Source: Bugula neritina
Taxonomy: Eukaryota > Animalia > Bryozoa
Assembly: GCA_964035545.1 (NCBI GenBank)
Contig: OZ037766.1
Location: 18,191,081-18,255,080, forward strand
Length of the DNA stretch: 64,000 bases
Direction: 5' to 3'
The position numbers were made by a program, and so were the translations under genes. The first letter of the stretch is position 1, and the number at the start of each line of letters is the position of its first letter. Shown here piece after piece: positions 16,101 to 32,300 of the stretch. The notes beneath the pieces were generated by a model. It made no database searches and had not been told where the DNA came from. It saw only the letters and a program-made list of their open reading frames with translations.

Positions 16101-19100
16101 ATACTGAAATATACTGAAACACGCTGAAATATACTTCAACATACTGAAATATACCTAAAAATATTGAAACATACTGAAATACACTGTAACATGCTGAAAT
16201 ACACTCTATCATACTGAAGTATACTGTAACGCACTGAAATATACTGCAACATACTGAATTATACTGAAACATACTGCAAAATCTTGAAATATACTGCAAC
16301 ATGCTGAAATATACTGCAAGACACTGAAACCTACTGAAATACACTGTAACATACTGAAATACACTGCAACATACTGAAATACACTGTAACATACAGACAT
16401 ACACTGCAACATACTGCAGCATACTGCAACATGCTGCAACATACTGAAATACACTGTAACATATTGAAATACACTGCAACACATTGAAATATGCTGTAAC
16501 ATACTGAGATATACTGCAAGACACTGAAATATACTACAGCTCACTGAAGTATAGTGTAATTTACGGAAATGTACTGTAACATACTGAAATTTATTGTAAC
16601 ATACTGAAATATACTGCAACATACTGAAATACACTGCAACATACTGAAATACACTGTAACATACTGAAATATATTGCAAAATACTGCAACATACTGAAAT
16701 ACACTGTAACATACTCAAATACATTGTATCATACTGGAATATGCTATAACCCACTGAAATATACTGTAACATACTGAAATATACTGCAACATACTGAAAT
16801 ACACTGTAACATACTGAAACACACTGCAACATACTGAAATATACTGCAACATACTGGAACATACTGGAATATACTGTAACCCACTGAAATATACTGCAAC
16901 ATACTGAAATATACTGCAAGATACTGAAACCTACTGAAATACACTGTAACATACTGAAATACACTGCAACATGCTGCAACATACTGAAATACACTGTAAC
17001 ATATTGAAATACATTGCAACACATTGAAATAAGTTGCAAGATACCGAAATATGCTGCAACACACTGAAAGACACTAAAACTCACTGAAGTATAGTGAAAA
17101 ATTTAAAAATGCACTGTGGCATACTGAAATATACTGAAACACGCTGAAATATACTGGAACATACTGAAATAAACTGTAACATACTGAGATATACTGCAAG
17201 ATACTGAAATATACTACAACTCACTGAAGTATAGCGTAATTTGCAGAAATGTACTGTAACACACTGAAATTTATTGTATCATACTGAAATATACTGCAAC
17301 GTACTGAAATACACTGTAACATACTAAAATATATTGCAAAATACTGCAAGATACTTAAATATACTGCAACATACTGAAAGACACTAAAACTCACTGAAGT
17401 ATAGTGTAATATCTGCAAATGCACTGTAACATACTGAAATTTACTGTAACACACTGAAATATACTGTAACATACTGAAATATACTGTAACATACTGAGAT
17501 ATACTGCGAGATTCTGAAATATGCTACAACTCACTGAAGTATAGTGTAATTTACGGAATTGTACTGTAACATACTGAAATTTATTGTAACATACTGAATT
17601 ATACTGCAACATACAGAAATACACTGTAACATACTGAAAGACACTAAAACTCACTGAAGTATAGTGTAATATCTGCAAATGCACTGTAACATATTGAAAT
17701 TTACTGTAACACAGTGAAATATACTGTAACATACTGAAATATACTGTAACATACTGAGATATACTGCAAGATACTGAAATATACTACAACTCACTGAAGT
17801 ATAGTGTAATTTACGAAAATGTACTGTAACATACTGGAATTTATTGTATCATACTGAAATATACTGCAACATACTGAAATACACTGTAGCATACTAAAAT
17901 GTATTGCAAAATACTGCAACATACTGAGATATACTGCAACATACTGAAAGACACTAAAACTCACTGAAGTATAGTGTAATATCTGCAAATGCACTGTAAC
18001 ATACTGAAATTTACTGTAACACACTGAAATATACTGTAACATACTGAAATACACAGTAACATACTGAGATATACTGCAAGATACTGAAATAGACTACAAC
18101 TCACTGAAGTATAGTGTAATATCTGCAAATGCACTGTAACATACTGAAATTTACTGTAACACACTGAAATATACTGTAACATACAGAAATATACTGTAAC
18201 ATACTGAGATATACTGCAAGATACTGAAATATACTACAACTCACTGAAGTATAGTGTAATTTACGGAAATGTACTGTAACATACTGAAATTTATTGTAAC
18301 ATACTGAATTATACTGCAACATACTGAAATACACTGCAACATACTGAAATACACTGTAACATACTGAAAGACACTAAAACTCACTGAAGTATAGTGTAAT
18401 ATCTGCAAATGCACTGTAACATACTGAAATTTACTGTAACACAGTGAAATATACTGTAACATACTGAGATATACTGCAAGATACTGAAATATACTACAAC
18501 TCACTGAAGTATAGTGTAATTTACGAAAATGTACTGTAACATACTGAAATTTATTGTAACATACTGAGTTATACTGCAACATACTGAAATACACTGTAAC
18601 ATACTGAAACACATTGCAAAGTACTGCAACATACTGAAATACACTGTAACATACTGAAAGACGCTGTATCATAATGAAATATACTATAACCCACTGAAAT
18701 GTACTGCAACATACTGAAATATACTGTAACAAACTGAAATATACTGCAACATACTGAAATACACTGTAACATACAGAAATACACTGCAACATACTGCAGC
18801 AAACTGCAACATACTGCAACATACTGAAATACACTGTAACATATTGAAATACACTGCAACACATTGAAATATGCTTCAACATACCGAATAATATGGTAAC
18901 CTACTGAAATATGTTGCAAACTACTGAAATATACTGCAACATACTGCAACTTAATGAAATATACTGTAACACACTGAAATATACTGCACAATACTGCAAA
19001 ATACTGTAACATACTGAAACATACTGCAACATCCTGAAATATACTGCAACATGCTGAAATATACTGCAAGACACTGAAACCTACTGAAATACACTGTAAC

Positions 19101-22100
19101 ATACTGAAATACACTGCAACATACTGCAACATACTGAAATACATTGTGACATATTGAAATGCATTGCAACACATTGAAATATGTTGCAAGATACTGAAAT
19201 ATAATGCAACATACTGAACGACACTAAAACTCACTGAAGTATAGTGTAATACCTGAAAATGCACTGTGATATACTGAAATACACTGTAACACACTGAAAT
19301 ATACTGCAAAATACTGAAACATACTGAAATATATTGCAAAATACTGCAACATACTGAAATACGGTTTAACATACTGAAATACACTGTAACATACTGATAT
19401 GCACTGCAACATACTGAAATACACGGCAACATACTGGAACATACTGGAATATACTGTAACCCACTGAAATATACTACAACATACTGAAATATACTGCAAG
19501 ATACTGAAACCTACTGAAATACACTGTAACATACTGAAATACACTGCAACATGCTGCAACATACTGAAATACACTGTAACATATTGAAATACATTGCAAC
19601 ACATTGAAATAAGTTGCAAGATACCGAAATATACTGCAACATACTGAAAGACACTAAAACTCACTGAAGTATAGTGAAAAATGTAAAAATGCACTGTGGC
19701 ATACTGAAATATACTGAAACACGCTGAAATATACTGGAACATACTGAAATAAACTGTAACATACTGAGATATACTGCAAGATACTGAAATATTTTACAAC
19801 TCACTGAAGTATAGCGTAATTTGCAGAAATGTACTGTAACACACTGAAATTTATTGTATCATACTGAAATATACTGCAACGTACTGAAATACACTGTAAC
19901 ATACTAAAATATATTGCAAAAAACTGCAACATACTTAAACATACTGCAACATACTAAAAGACACTAAAACTCACTGAAGTATAGTGTAATATCTGCAAAT
20001 GCACTGTAACATACTGAAATTTACTGTAACACACTGAAATATACTGTAACATACTGAAATATACTGTAACATACTGAGATATACTGCGAGATACTGAAAT
20101 ATGCTACAACTCACTGAAGTATAGTGTAATTTACGGAAATGTACTGTAACATACTGAAATTTATTGTAACATACTGAAATATACTGCAACATACTGAAAT
20201 ACACTGTAACATACTGAAATATATTGCAAAATACTGCAACATACTGAAATACACTGTAACATACTCAAATACATTGTATCATACTGGAATATGCTATAAC
20301 CCACTGAAATATACTGCAACTTACTGAAATATACTGTAACATACTGAAATATACTGCAACATACTGAAATACACTGTAACATACAGAAGTACGCTGTAAC
20401 ATACAGAAATACACTGCAACATACTGCAACATACTGAAATACACTGTAACATACTGAAACACACTGCAACATACTGAAATATACTGCAACATACTGGAAC
20501 ATACTGGAATATACTGTAACCCACTGAAATATACTGCAACATACTGAAATATACTGCAAGATACTGAAACCTACTGAAATACACTGTAACATACTGAAAT
20601 ACACTGCAACATGCTGCAACATACTGAAATACACTGTAACATATTGAAATACATTGCAACACATTGAAATAAGTTGCAAGATACCGAAACATGCTGCAAC
20701 ATACTGAAAGACACTAAAACTCACTGAAGTATAGTGAAAAATTTAAAAATGCACTGTGGCATACTGAAATATACTGAAACACGCTGAAATGTACTGGAAT
20801 ATACTGAAACATACTGAAATATATTGCAAAATACTGCAACATACTGAAATACGGTTTAACATACTGAAATACACTGTAACATACTGATATGCACTGCAAC
20901 ATACTGAAATACACGGCAACATACTGGAACATACTGGAATATACTGTAACCCACTGAAATATACTACAACATACTGAAATATACTGCAAGATACTGAAAC
21001 CTACTGAAATACACTGTAACATACTGAAATACACTGCAACATGCTGCAACATACTGAAATACACTGTAACATATTGAAATACATTGCAACACATTGAAAT
21101 AAGTTGCAAGATACCGAAATATACTGCAACATACTGAAAGACACTAAAACTCACTGAAGTATAGTGAAAAATGTAAAAATGCACTGTGGCATACTGAAAT
21201 ATACTGAAACACGCTGAAATATACTGGAACATACTGAAATAAACTGTAACATACTGAGATATACTGCAAGATACTGAAATATACTACAACTCACTGAAGT
21301 ATAGCGTAATTTGCAGAAATGTACTGTAACACACTGAAATTTATTGTATCATACTGAAATATACTGCAACGTACTGAAATACACTGTAACATACTAAAAT
21401 ATATTGCAAAAAACTGCAACATACTTAAATATACTGCAACATACTAAAAGACACTAAAACTCACTGAAGTATAGTGTAATATCTGCAAATGCACTGTAAC
21501 ATACTGAAATTTACTGTAACACACTGAAATATACTGTAACATACTGAAATATACTGAAACACGCTGAAATATACTTCAACATACTGAAATATACCTAAAA
21601 ATATTGAAACATACTGAAATACACTGTAACATGCTGAAATACACTCTATCATACTGAAGTATACTGTAACGCACTGAAATATACTGCAACATACTGAATT
21701 ATACTGAAACATACTGCAAAATCTTGAAATATACTGCAACATGCTGAAATATACTGCAAGACACTGAAACCTACTGAAATACACTGTAACATACTGAAAT
21801 ACACTGCAACATACTGAAATACACTGTAACATACAGACATACACTGCAACATACTGCAGCATACTGCAACATGCTGCAACATACTGAAATACACTGTAAC
21901 ATATTGAAATACACTGCAACACATTGAAATATGCTGTAACATACTGAGATATACTGCAAGACACTGAAATATACTACAGCTCACTGAAGTATAGTGTAAT
22001 TTACGGAAATGTACTGTAACATACTGAAATTTATTGTAACATACTGAAATATACTGCAACATACTGAAATACACTGTAACATACTGAAATATATTGCAAA

Positions 22101-25100
22101 ATACTGCAACATACTGAAATACACTGTAACATACTCAAATACATTGTATCATACTGGAATATGCTATAACCCACTGAAATATACTGCAACTTACTGAAAT
22201 ATACTGTAACATACTGAAATATACTGCAACATACTGAAATACACTGTAACATACAGAAGTACGCTGTAACATACAGAAATACACTGCAACATACTGCAAC
22301 ATACTGAAATACACTGTAACATACTGAAACACACTGCAACATACTGAAATATACTGCAACATACTGGAACATACTGGAATATACTGTAACCCACTGAAAT
22401 ATACTGCAACATACTGAAATATACTGCAAGATACTGAAACCTACTGAAATACACTGTAACATACTGAAATACACTGCAACATGCTGCAACATACTGAAAT
22501 ACACTGTAACATATTGAAATACATTGCAACACATTGAAATAAGTTGCAAGATACCGAAATATGCTGCAACACACTGAAAGACACTAAAACTCACTGAAGT
22601 ATAGTGAAAAATTTAAAAATGCACTGTGGCATACTGAAATATACTGAAACACGCTGAAATATACTGGAACATACTGAAATAAACTGTAACATACTGAGAT
22701 ATACTGCAAGATACTGAAATATACTACAACTCACTGAAGTATAGCGTAATTTGCAGAAATGTACTGTAACACACTGAAATTTATTGTATCATACTGAAAT
22801 ATACTGCAACGTACTGAAATACACTGTAACATACTAAAATATATTGCAAAATACTGCAAGATACTTAAATATACTGCAACATACTGAAAGACACTAAAAC
22901 TCACTGAAGTATAGTGTAATATCTGCAAATGCACTGTAACATACTGAAATTTACTGTAACACACTGAAATATACTGTAACATACTGAAATATACTGTAAC
23001 ATACTGAGATATACTGCGAGATTCTGAAATATGCTACAACTCACTGAAGTATAGTGTAATTTACGGAATTGTACTGTAACATACTGAAATTTATTGTAAC
23101 ATACTGAATTATACTGCAACATACAGAAATACACTGTAACATACTGAAAGACACTAAAACTCACTGAAGTATAGTGTAATATCTGCAAATGCACTGTAAC
23201 ATATTGAAATTTACTGTAACACAGTGAAATATACTGTAACATACTGAAATATACTGTAACATACTGAGATATACTGCAAGATACTGAAATATACTACAAC
23301 TCACTGAAGTATAGTGTAATTTACGAAAATGTACTGTAACATACTGGAATTTATTGTATCATACTGAAATATACTGCAACATACTGAAATACACTGTAGC
23401 ATACTAAAATGTATTGCAAAATACTGCAACATACTGAGATATACTGCAACATACTGAAAGACACTAAAACTCACTGAAGTATAGTGTAATATCTGCAAAT
23501 GCACTGTAACATACTGAAATTTACTGTAACACACTGAAATATACTGTAACATACTGAAATACACAGTAACATACTGAGATATACTGCAAGATACTGAAAT
23601 AGACTACAACTCACTGAAGTATAGTGTAATATCTGCAAATGCACTGTAACATACTGAAATTTACTGTAACACACTGAAATATACTGTAACATACAGAAAT
23701 ATACTGTAACATACTGAGATATACTGCAAGATACTGAAATATACTACAACTCACTGAAGTATAGTGTAATTTACGGAAATGTACTGTAACATACTGAAAT
23801 TTATTGTAACATACTGAATTATACTGCAACATACTGAAATACACTGCAACATACTGAAATACACTGTAACATACTGAAAGACACTAAAACTCACTGAAGT
23901 ATAGTGTAATATCTGCAAATGCACTGTAACATACTGAAATTTACTGTAACACAGTGAAATATACTGTAACATACTGAGATATACTGCAAGATACTGAAAT
24001 ATACTACAACTCACTGAAGTATAGTGTAATTTACGAAAATGTACTGTAACATACTGAAATTTATTGTAACATACTGAGTTATACTGCAACATACTGAAAT
24101 ACACTGTAACATACTGAAACACATTGCAAAGTACTGCAACATACTGAAATACACTGTAACATACTGAAAGACGCTGTATCATAATGAAATATACTATAAC
24201 CCACTGAAATATACTGCAACATACTGAAATATACTGTAACAAACTGAAATATACTGCAACATACTGAAATACACTGTAACATACAGAAATACACTGCAAC
24301 ATACTGCAGCAAACTGCAACATACTGCAACATACTGAAATACACTGTAACATATTGAAATACACTGCAACACATTGAAATATGCTTCAACATACCGAATA
24401 ATATGGTAACCTACTGAAATATGTTGCAAACTACTGAAATATACTGCAACATACTGCAACTTAATGAAATATACTGTAACACACTGAAATATACTGCACA
24501 ATACTGCAAAATACTGTAACATACTGAAACATACTGCAACATCCTGAAATATACTGCAACATGCTGAAATATACTGCAAGACACTGAAACCTACTGAAAT
24601 ACACTGTAACATACTGAAATACACTGCAACATACTGCAACATACTGAAATACATTGTGACATATTGAAATGCATTGCAACACATTGAAATATGTTGCAAG
24701 ATACTGAAATATAATGCAACATACTGAACGACACTAAAACTCACTGAAGTATAGTGTAATACCTGAAAATGCACTGTGATATACTGAAATACACTGTAAC
24801 ACACTGAAATATACTGCAAAATACTGAAACATACTGAAATATATTGCAAAATACTGCAACATACTGAAATACGGTTTAACATACTGAAATACACTGTAAC
24901 ATACTGATATGCACTGCAACATACTGAAATACACGGCAACATACTGGAACATACTGGAATATACTGTAACCCACTGAAATATACTACAACATACTGAAAT
25001 ATACTGCAAGATACTGAAACCTACTGAAATACACTGTAACATACTGAAATACACTGCAACATGCTGCAACATACTGAAATACACTGTAACATATTGAAAT

Positions 25101-26300
25101 ACATTGCAACACATTGAAATAAGTTGCAAGATACCGAAATATACTGCAACATACTGAAAGACACTAAAACTCACTGAAGTATAGTGAAAAATGTAAAAAT
25201 GCACTGTGGCATACTGAAATATACTGAAACACGCTGAAATATACTGGAACATACTGAAATAAACTGTAACATACTGAGATATACTGCAAGATACTGAAAT
25301 ATACTACAACTCACTGAAGTATAGCGTAATTTGCAGAAATGTACTGTAACACACTGAAATTTATTGTATCATACTGAAATATACTGCAACGTACTGAAAT
25401 ACACTGTAACATACTAAAATATATTGCAAAAAACTGCAACATACTTAAACATACTGCAACATACTAAAAGACACTAAAACTCACTGAAGTATAGTGTAAT
25501 ATCTGCAAATGCACTGTAACATACTGAAATTTACTGTAACACACTGAAATATACTGTAACATACTGAAATATACTGTAACATACTGAGATATACTGCGAG
25601 ATACTGAAATATGCTACAACTCACTGAAGTATAGTGTAATTTACGGAAATGTACTGTAACATACTGAAATTTATTGTAACATACTGAAATATACTGCAAC
25701 ATACTGAAATACACTGTAACATACTGAAATATATTGCAAAATACTGCAACATACTGAAATACACTGTAACATACTCAAATACATTGTATCATACTGGAAT
25801 ATGCTATAACCCACTGAAATATACTGCAACTTACTGAAATATACTGTAACATACTGAAATATACTGCAACATACTGAAATACACTGTAACATACAGAAGT
25901 ACGCTGTAACATACAGAAATACACTGCAACATACTGCAACATACTGAAATACACTGTAACATACTGAAACACACTGCAACATACTGAAATATACTGCAAC
26001 ATACTGGAACATACTGGAATATACTGTAACCCACTGAAATATACTGCAACATACTGAAATATACTGCAAGATACTGAAACCTACTGAAATACACTGTAAC
26101 ATACTGAAATACACTGCAACATGCTGCAACATACTGAAATACACTGTAACATATTGAAATACATTGCAACACATTGAAATAAGTTGCAAGATACCGAAAC
26201 ATGCTGCAACATACTGAAAGACACTAAAACTCACTGAAGTATAGTGAAAAATTTAAAAATGCACTGTGGCATACTGAAATATACTGAAACACGCTGAAAT
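16101..26300. repeat. Higher-order duplication, offset 5440-5510 bp
   Basis: Private variants TTACGGAATT at 17551/23061, AGACTACAAC at 18091/23601 and ATACTTAAAC at 19931/25441. Identical ORFs at 18569/24079 and 20161/25671. Boundaries are approximate. Confidence 0.87.
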
Positions 26301-29300
26301 ATACTGGAACATACTGAAATAAACTGTAACATACTGAGATATACTGCAAGATACTGAAATATACTACAACTCACTGAAGTATAGCGTAATTTGCAGAAAT
26401 GTACTGTAACACACTGAAATTTATTGTATCATACTGAAATATACTGCAACGTACTGAAATACACTGTAACATACTAAAATATATTGCAAAATACTGCAAC
26501 ATACTTAAATATACTGCAACATACTGAAAGACACTAAAACTCACTGAAGTATAGTGTAATATCTGCAAATGCACTGTAACATACTGAAATTTACTGTAAC
26601 ACACTGAAATATACTGTAACATACTGAAATATACTGTAACATACTGAGATATACTGCGAAATTCTGAAATATGCTACAACTCACTGAAGTATAGTGTAAT
26701 TTACGGAAATGTACTGTAACATACTGAAATTTATTGTAACATACTGAATTATACTGCAACATACTGAAATACACTGTAACATACTGAAAGACACTAAAAC
26801 TCACTGAAGTATAGTGTAATATCTGCAAATGCACTGTAACATATTGAAATTTACTGTAACACAGTGAATTATACTGTAACATACTGAAATATACTGTAAC
26901 ATACTGAGATATACTGCAAGATACTGAAATATACTACAACTCACTGAAGTATAGTGTAATTTACGAAAATGTACTGTAACATACTGGAATTTATTGTATC
27001 ATACTGAAATATACTGCAACATACTGAAATACACTGTAGCATACTAAAATGTATTGCAAAATACTGCAACATACTGAGATATACTGCAACATACTGAAAG
27101 ACACTAAAACTCACTGAAGTATAGTGTAATATCTGCAAATGCACTGTAACATACTGAAATTTACTGTAACACACTGAAATATACTGTAACATACTGAAAT
27201 ACACAGTAACATACTGAGATATACTGCAAGATACTGAAATATACTACAACTCACTGAAGTATAGTGTAATATCTGCAAATGCACTGTAACATACTGAAAT
27301 TTACTGTAACACACTGAAATATACTGTAACATACAGAAATATACTGTAACATACTGAGATATACTGCAAGATACTGAAATATACTACAACTCACTGAAGT
27401 ATAGTGTAATTTACGGAAATGTACTGTAACATACTGAAATTTATTGTAACATACTGAATTATACTGCAACATACTGAAATACACTGCAACATACTGAAAT
27501 ACACTGTAACATACTGAAAGACACTAAAACTCACTGAAGTATAGTGTAATATCTGCAAATGCACTGTAACATACTGAAATTTACTGTAACACAGTGAAAT
27601 ATACTGTAACATACTGAGATATACTGCAAGATACTGAAATATACTACAACTCACTGAAGTATAGTGTAATTTACGAAAATGTACTGTAACGTACTGAAAT
27701 TTATTGTAACATACTGAGTTATACTGCAACATACTGAAATACACTGTAACATACTGAAACACGTTGCAAAGTACTGCAACATACTGAAATACACTGTAAC
27801 ATACTGAAAGACGCTGTATCATAATGAAATATACTATAACCCACTGAAATATACTGCAACATACTGAAATATACTGTAACAAACTGAAATATACTGCAAC
27901 ATACTGAAATACACTGTAACATATAGAAATACACTGCAACATACTGCAGCAAACTGCAACATACTGCAACATACTGAAATACACTGTAACATATTGAAAT
28001 ACACTGCAACACATTGAAATATGCTTCAACATACCGAATAATATGGTAACCTACTGAAATATGTTGCAAACTACTGAAATATACTGCAACATACTGCAAC
28101 CTAATGAAATATACTGTAACACACTGAAATATACTGCACAATACTGCAAAATACTGTAACATACTGAAACATACTGCAACATCCTGAAATATACTGCAAC
28201 ATGCTGAAATATACTGCAAGACACTGAAACCTACTGAAATACACTGTAACATACTGAAATACACTGCAACATACTGCAACATACTGAAATACATTGTGAC
28301 ATATTGAAATGCATTGCAACACATTGAAATATGTTGCAAGATACTGAAATATAATGGAACATACTGAACGACACTAAAACTCACTGAAGTATAGTGTAAT
28401 ACCTGAAAATGCACTGTGATATACTGAAACACACTGTAACACACTGAAATATACTGCAAAATACTGAAACATACTGAAATATATTGCAAAATACTGCAAC
28501 ATACTGAAATACGGTTTAACATACTGAAATACACTGTAACATACTGATATGCACTGCAACATACTGAAATACACGGCAACATACTGGAACATACTGGAAT
28601 ATACTGTAACCCACTGAAATATACTACAACATACTGAAATATACTGCAAGATACTGAAACCTACTGAAATACACTGTAACATACTGAAATACACTGCAAC
28701 ATGCTGCAACATACTGAAATACACTGTAACATATTGAAATACATTGCAACACATTGAAATAAGTTGCAAGATACCGAAATATAGTGCAACATACTGAAAG
28801 ACACTAAAACTCACTGAAGTATAGTGAAAAATGTAAAAATGCACTGTGGCATACTGAAATATACTGAAACACGCTGAAATATACTGGAACATACTGAAAT
28901 AAACTGTAACATACTGAGATATACTGCAAGATACTGAAATATACTACAACTCACTGAAGTATAGCGTAATTTGCAGAAATGTACTGTAACACACTGAAAT
29001 TTATTGTATCATACTGAAATATACTGCAACGTACTGAAATACACTGTAACATACTAAAATATATTGCAAAAAACTGCAACATACTTAAATATACTGCAAC
29101 ATACTAAAAGACACTAAAACTCACTGAAGTATAGTGTAATATCTGCAAATGCACTGTAACATACTGAAATTTACTGTAACACACTGAAATATACTGTAAC
29201 ATACTGAAATATACTGTAACATACTGAGTTATACTGCGAGATACTGAAATATGCTACAACTCACTGAAGTATAGTGTAATTTACGGAAATGTACTGTAAC
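21971..29300. repeat. Tandem 3640-bp higher-order repeat (two copies)
   Basis: Near-identical ORF translations at 22031/25671, 22731/26371, 24079/27719 and 24734/28374, all offset by 3640. Confidence 0.85.
22591..24030. repeat. Representative cluster of ~140-bp units delimited by the conserved box TCACTGAAGTATAG(T/C)G
   Basis: Boxes at 22591, 22731, 22901, 23041, 23161, 23301, 23471, 23611, 23751, 23891 and 24011, giving spacings of 140,170,140,120,140,170,140,140,140,120. The box recurs across the whole window (about 30 copies in the first 10 kb). Confidence 0.9.
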
Positions 29301-32300
29301 ATACTGAAATTTATTGTAACATACTGAATTATACTGCAACATACTGAAATACACTGTAACATACTGAAAGACACTAAAACTCACTGAAGTATAGTGTAAT
29401 ATCTGCGAATGCACTGTAACATATTGAAATTTAGTGTAACACAGTGAAATATACTGTAACATACTGAAATATACTGTAACATACTAAGATATACTGCAAG
29501 ATAATGAAATATACTACAACTCACTGAAGTATAGTGTAATTTACGAAAATGTACTGTAACATACTGAAATTTACTGTAACATACTGAATTATACTGCAAC
29601 ATACTGGAATACACTGTAACATACTGAAACATATTGCAAAATACTGCAACATACTGAAATACACTGTAACACACTGAAAGACGCCGTATCATACTGAAAT
29701 ATACTATAACCTACTGAAATATACTACAACATACTGAAATATACTGTAACATACTGAAATATACTGCAACATACTGAAATACACTGTAACATACAGAAAT
29801 ACACTGCAACATACTGCAGCATACTGCAACATACTGCAACATGCTGAAATACACTGTAACATATTGAAATACACTGCAACACATTGAAATATGCTGCAAC
29901 ATACCGAAATATATGGTAACCTACTGAAATATGTTGCAAACTACTGAAATATACTGCAACATACTGCAAGATAATGATATATACTGTAACACACTGAACT
30001 ATACTGCAAAATACTGCAAAATACTGCAAAATCCTGTAACATACTGAAACATACTGCAACATCCTGAAATATACTGCAACATGCTGAATTATACTGCAAG
30101 ACACTGAAACCTACTGAAATACACTGTAACATACTGAAATACACTGAAACATACTGCAACATACTGAAAAACACTAAAACTCACTGAAGTATAGTGTAAT
30201 ATCTGGAAATGCACTGTGACATACTGAAATATACTGAAACACGCTGAAATATACTGCAACATACTGAAATATACTGTAACATACTGAGATATACTGCAAG
30301 ATACCAAAATGTACTACAACTCACTGAAGTATAGTGTATTTTACGAAAATGTACTGTAAGATACTGGAATTTATTGTATCATACTGAAATACACTGCAAC
30401 ATACTGAAATACACTGTAACATACTAAAATGTATTGCAAAATACTGCAACATACTGAGATATACTGCAACATACTGAAAGACACTAAAACTCACTGAAGT
30501 ATAGTGTAATATCTGCAAATGCACTGTAACATACTGAAATTTACTGTAACACACTGAAATATACTGTAACATACTGAAATACACAGTAACATACTGAGAT
30601 ATACTGCAAGATACTGAAATATACTACAACTCACTGAAGTATAGTGTGATATCTGCAAATGCACTGTAACATACTGAAATTTACTGTAACACACTGAAAT
30701 ATACTGTAACATACAGAAATATACTGTAACATACTGAGATATACTGCAAGATACTGAAATATACTACAACTCACTGAAGTATAGTGTAATTTACGGAAAT
30801 GTACTGTAACATACTGAAATTTATTGTAACATACTGAATTATACTGCAACATACTGAAATACACTGCAACATACTGAAATACACTGTAACATACTGAAAG
30901 ACACTAAAACTCACTGAAGTATAGTGTAATATCTGCAAATGCACTGTAACATATTGAAATTTACTGTAACACAGTGAAATATACTGTAACATACTGAAAT
31001 ATACTGTAACATACTGAGATATACTGCAAGATACTGAAATATACTACAACTCTCTGAAGTATAGTGTAATTTACGAAAATGTACTGTAACATACTGAAAT
31101 TTATTGTAACATACTGAGTTATACTGCAACATACTGAAATACACTGTAACATACTGAAACATATTGCAAAGTACTGCAACATACTGAAATACACTGTAAC
31201 ATACTGAAAGACGCTGTATCATAATGAAATATACTATAACCCACTGAAATATACTGCAACATACTGAAATATACTGTAACAAACTGAAATATACTGCAAC
31301 ATACTGAAATACACTGTACCATACAGAAATACACTGCAACATACTGCAGCAAACTGCAACATACTGCAACATACTGAAATACACTGTAACATATTGAAAT
31401 ACACTGCAACGCATTGAAATATACTTCAACATACCGAAATATATGGTAACCTACTGAAATATGTTGCAAACTACTGAAATATACTGCAACATACTGCAAC
31501 TTTATGAAATATACTGTAACATACTGAAATATACTGTAACATACTGAGTTATACTGCGAGATACTGAAATATGCTACAACTCACTGAAGTATAGTGTAAT
31601 TTACGGAAATGTACTGTAACATACTGAAATTTATTGTAACATACTGAATTATACTGCAACATACTGAAATACACTGTAACATACTGAAAGACACTAAAAC
31701 TCACTGAAGTATAGTGTAATATCTGCGAATGCACTGTAACATATTGAAATTTAGTGTAACACAGTGAAATATACTGTAACATACTGAAATATACTGTAAC
31801 ATACTAAGATATACTGCAAGATAATGAAATATACTACAACTCACTGAAGTATAGTGTAATTTACGAAAATGTACTGTAACATACTGAAATTTACTGTAAC
31901 ATACTGAATTATACTGCAACATACTGGAATACACTGTAACATACTGAAACATATTGCAAAATACTGCAACATACTGAAATACACTGTAACACACTGAAAG
32001 ACGCCGTATCATACTGAAATATACTATAACCTACTGAAATATACTACAACATACTGAAATATACTGTAACATACTGAAATATACTGCAACATACTGAAAT
32101 ACACTGTAACATACAGAAATACACTGCAACATACTGCAGCATACTGCAACATACTGCAACATGCTGAAATACACTGTAACATATTGAAATACACTGCAAC
32201 ACATTGAAATATGCTGCAACATACCGAAATATATGGTAACCTACTGAAATATGTTGCAAACTACTGAAATATACTGCAACATACTGCAAGATAATGATAT

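Noticed and set aside
2661-29300. A single fixed 3640-bp HOR (26 x 140) for the whole array
   Set aside because: The 3640 offset occurs twice, but the two units have different module content. Other offsets (2320, 2870, 5510, 12820) are not multiples of 140, so this is treated as coincidence.
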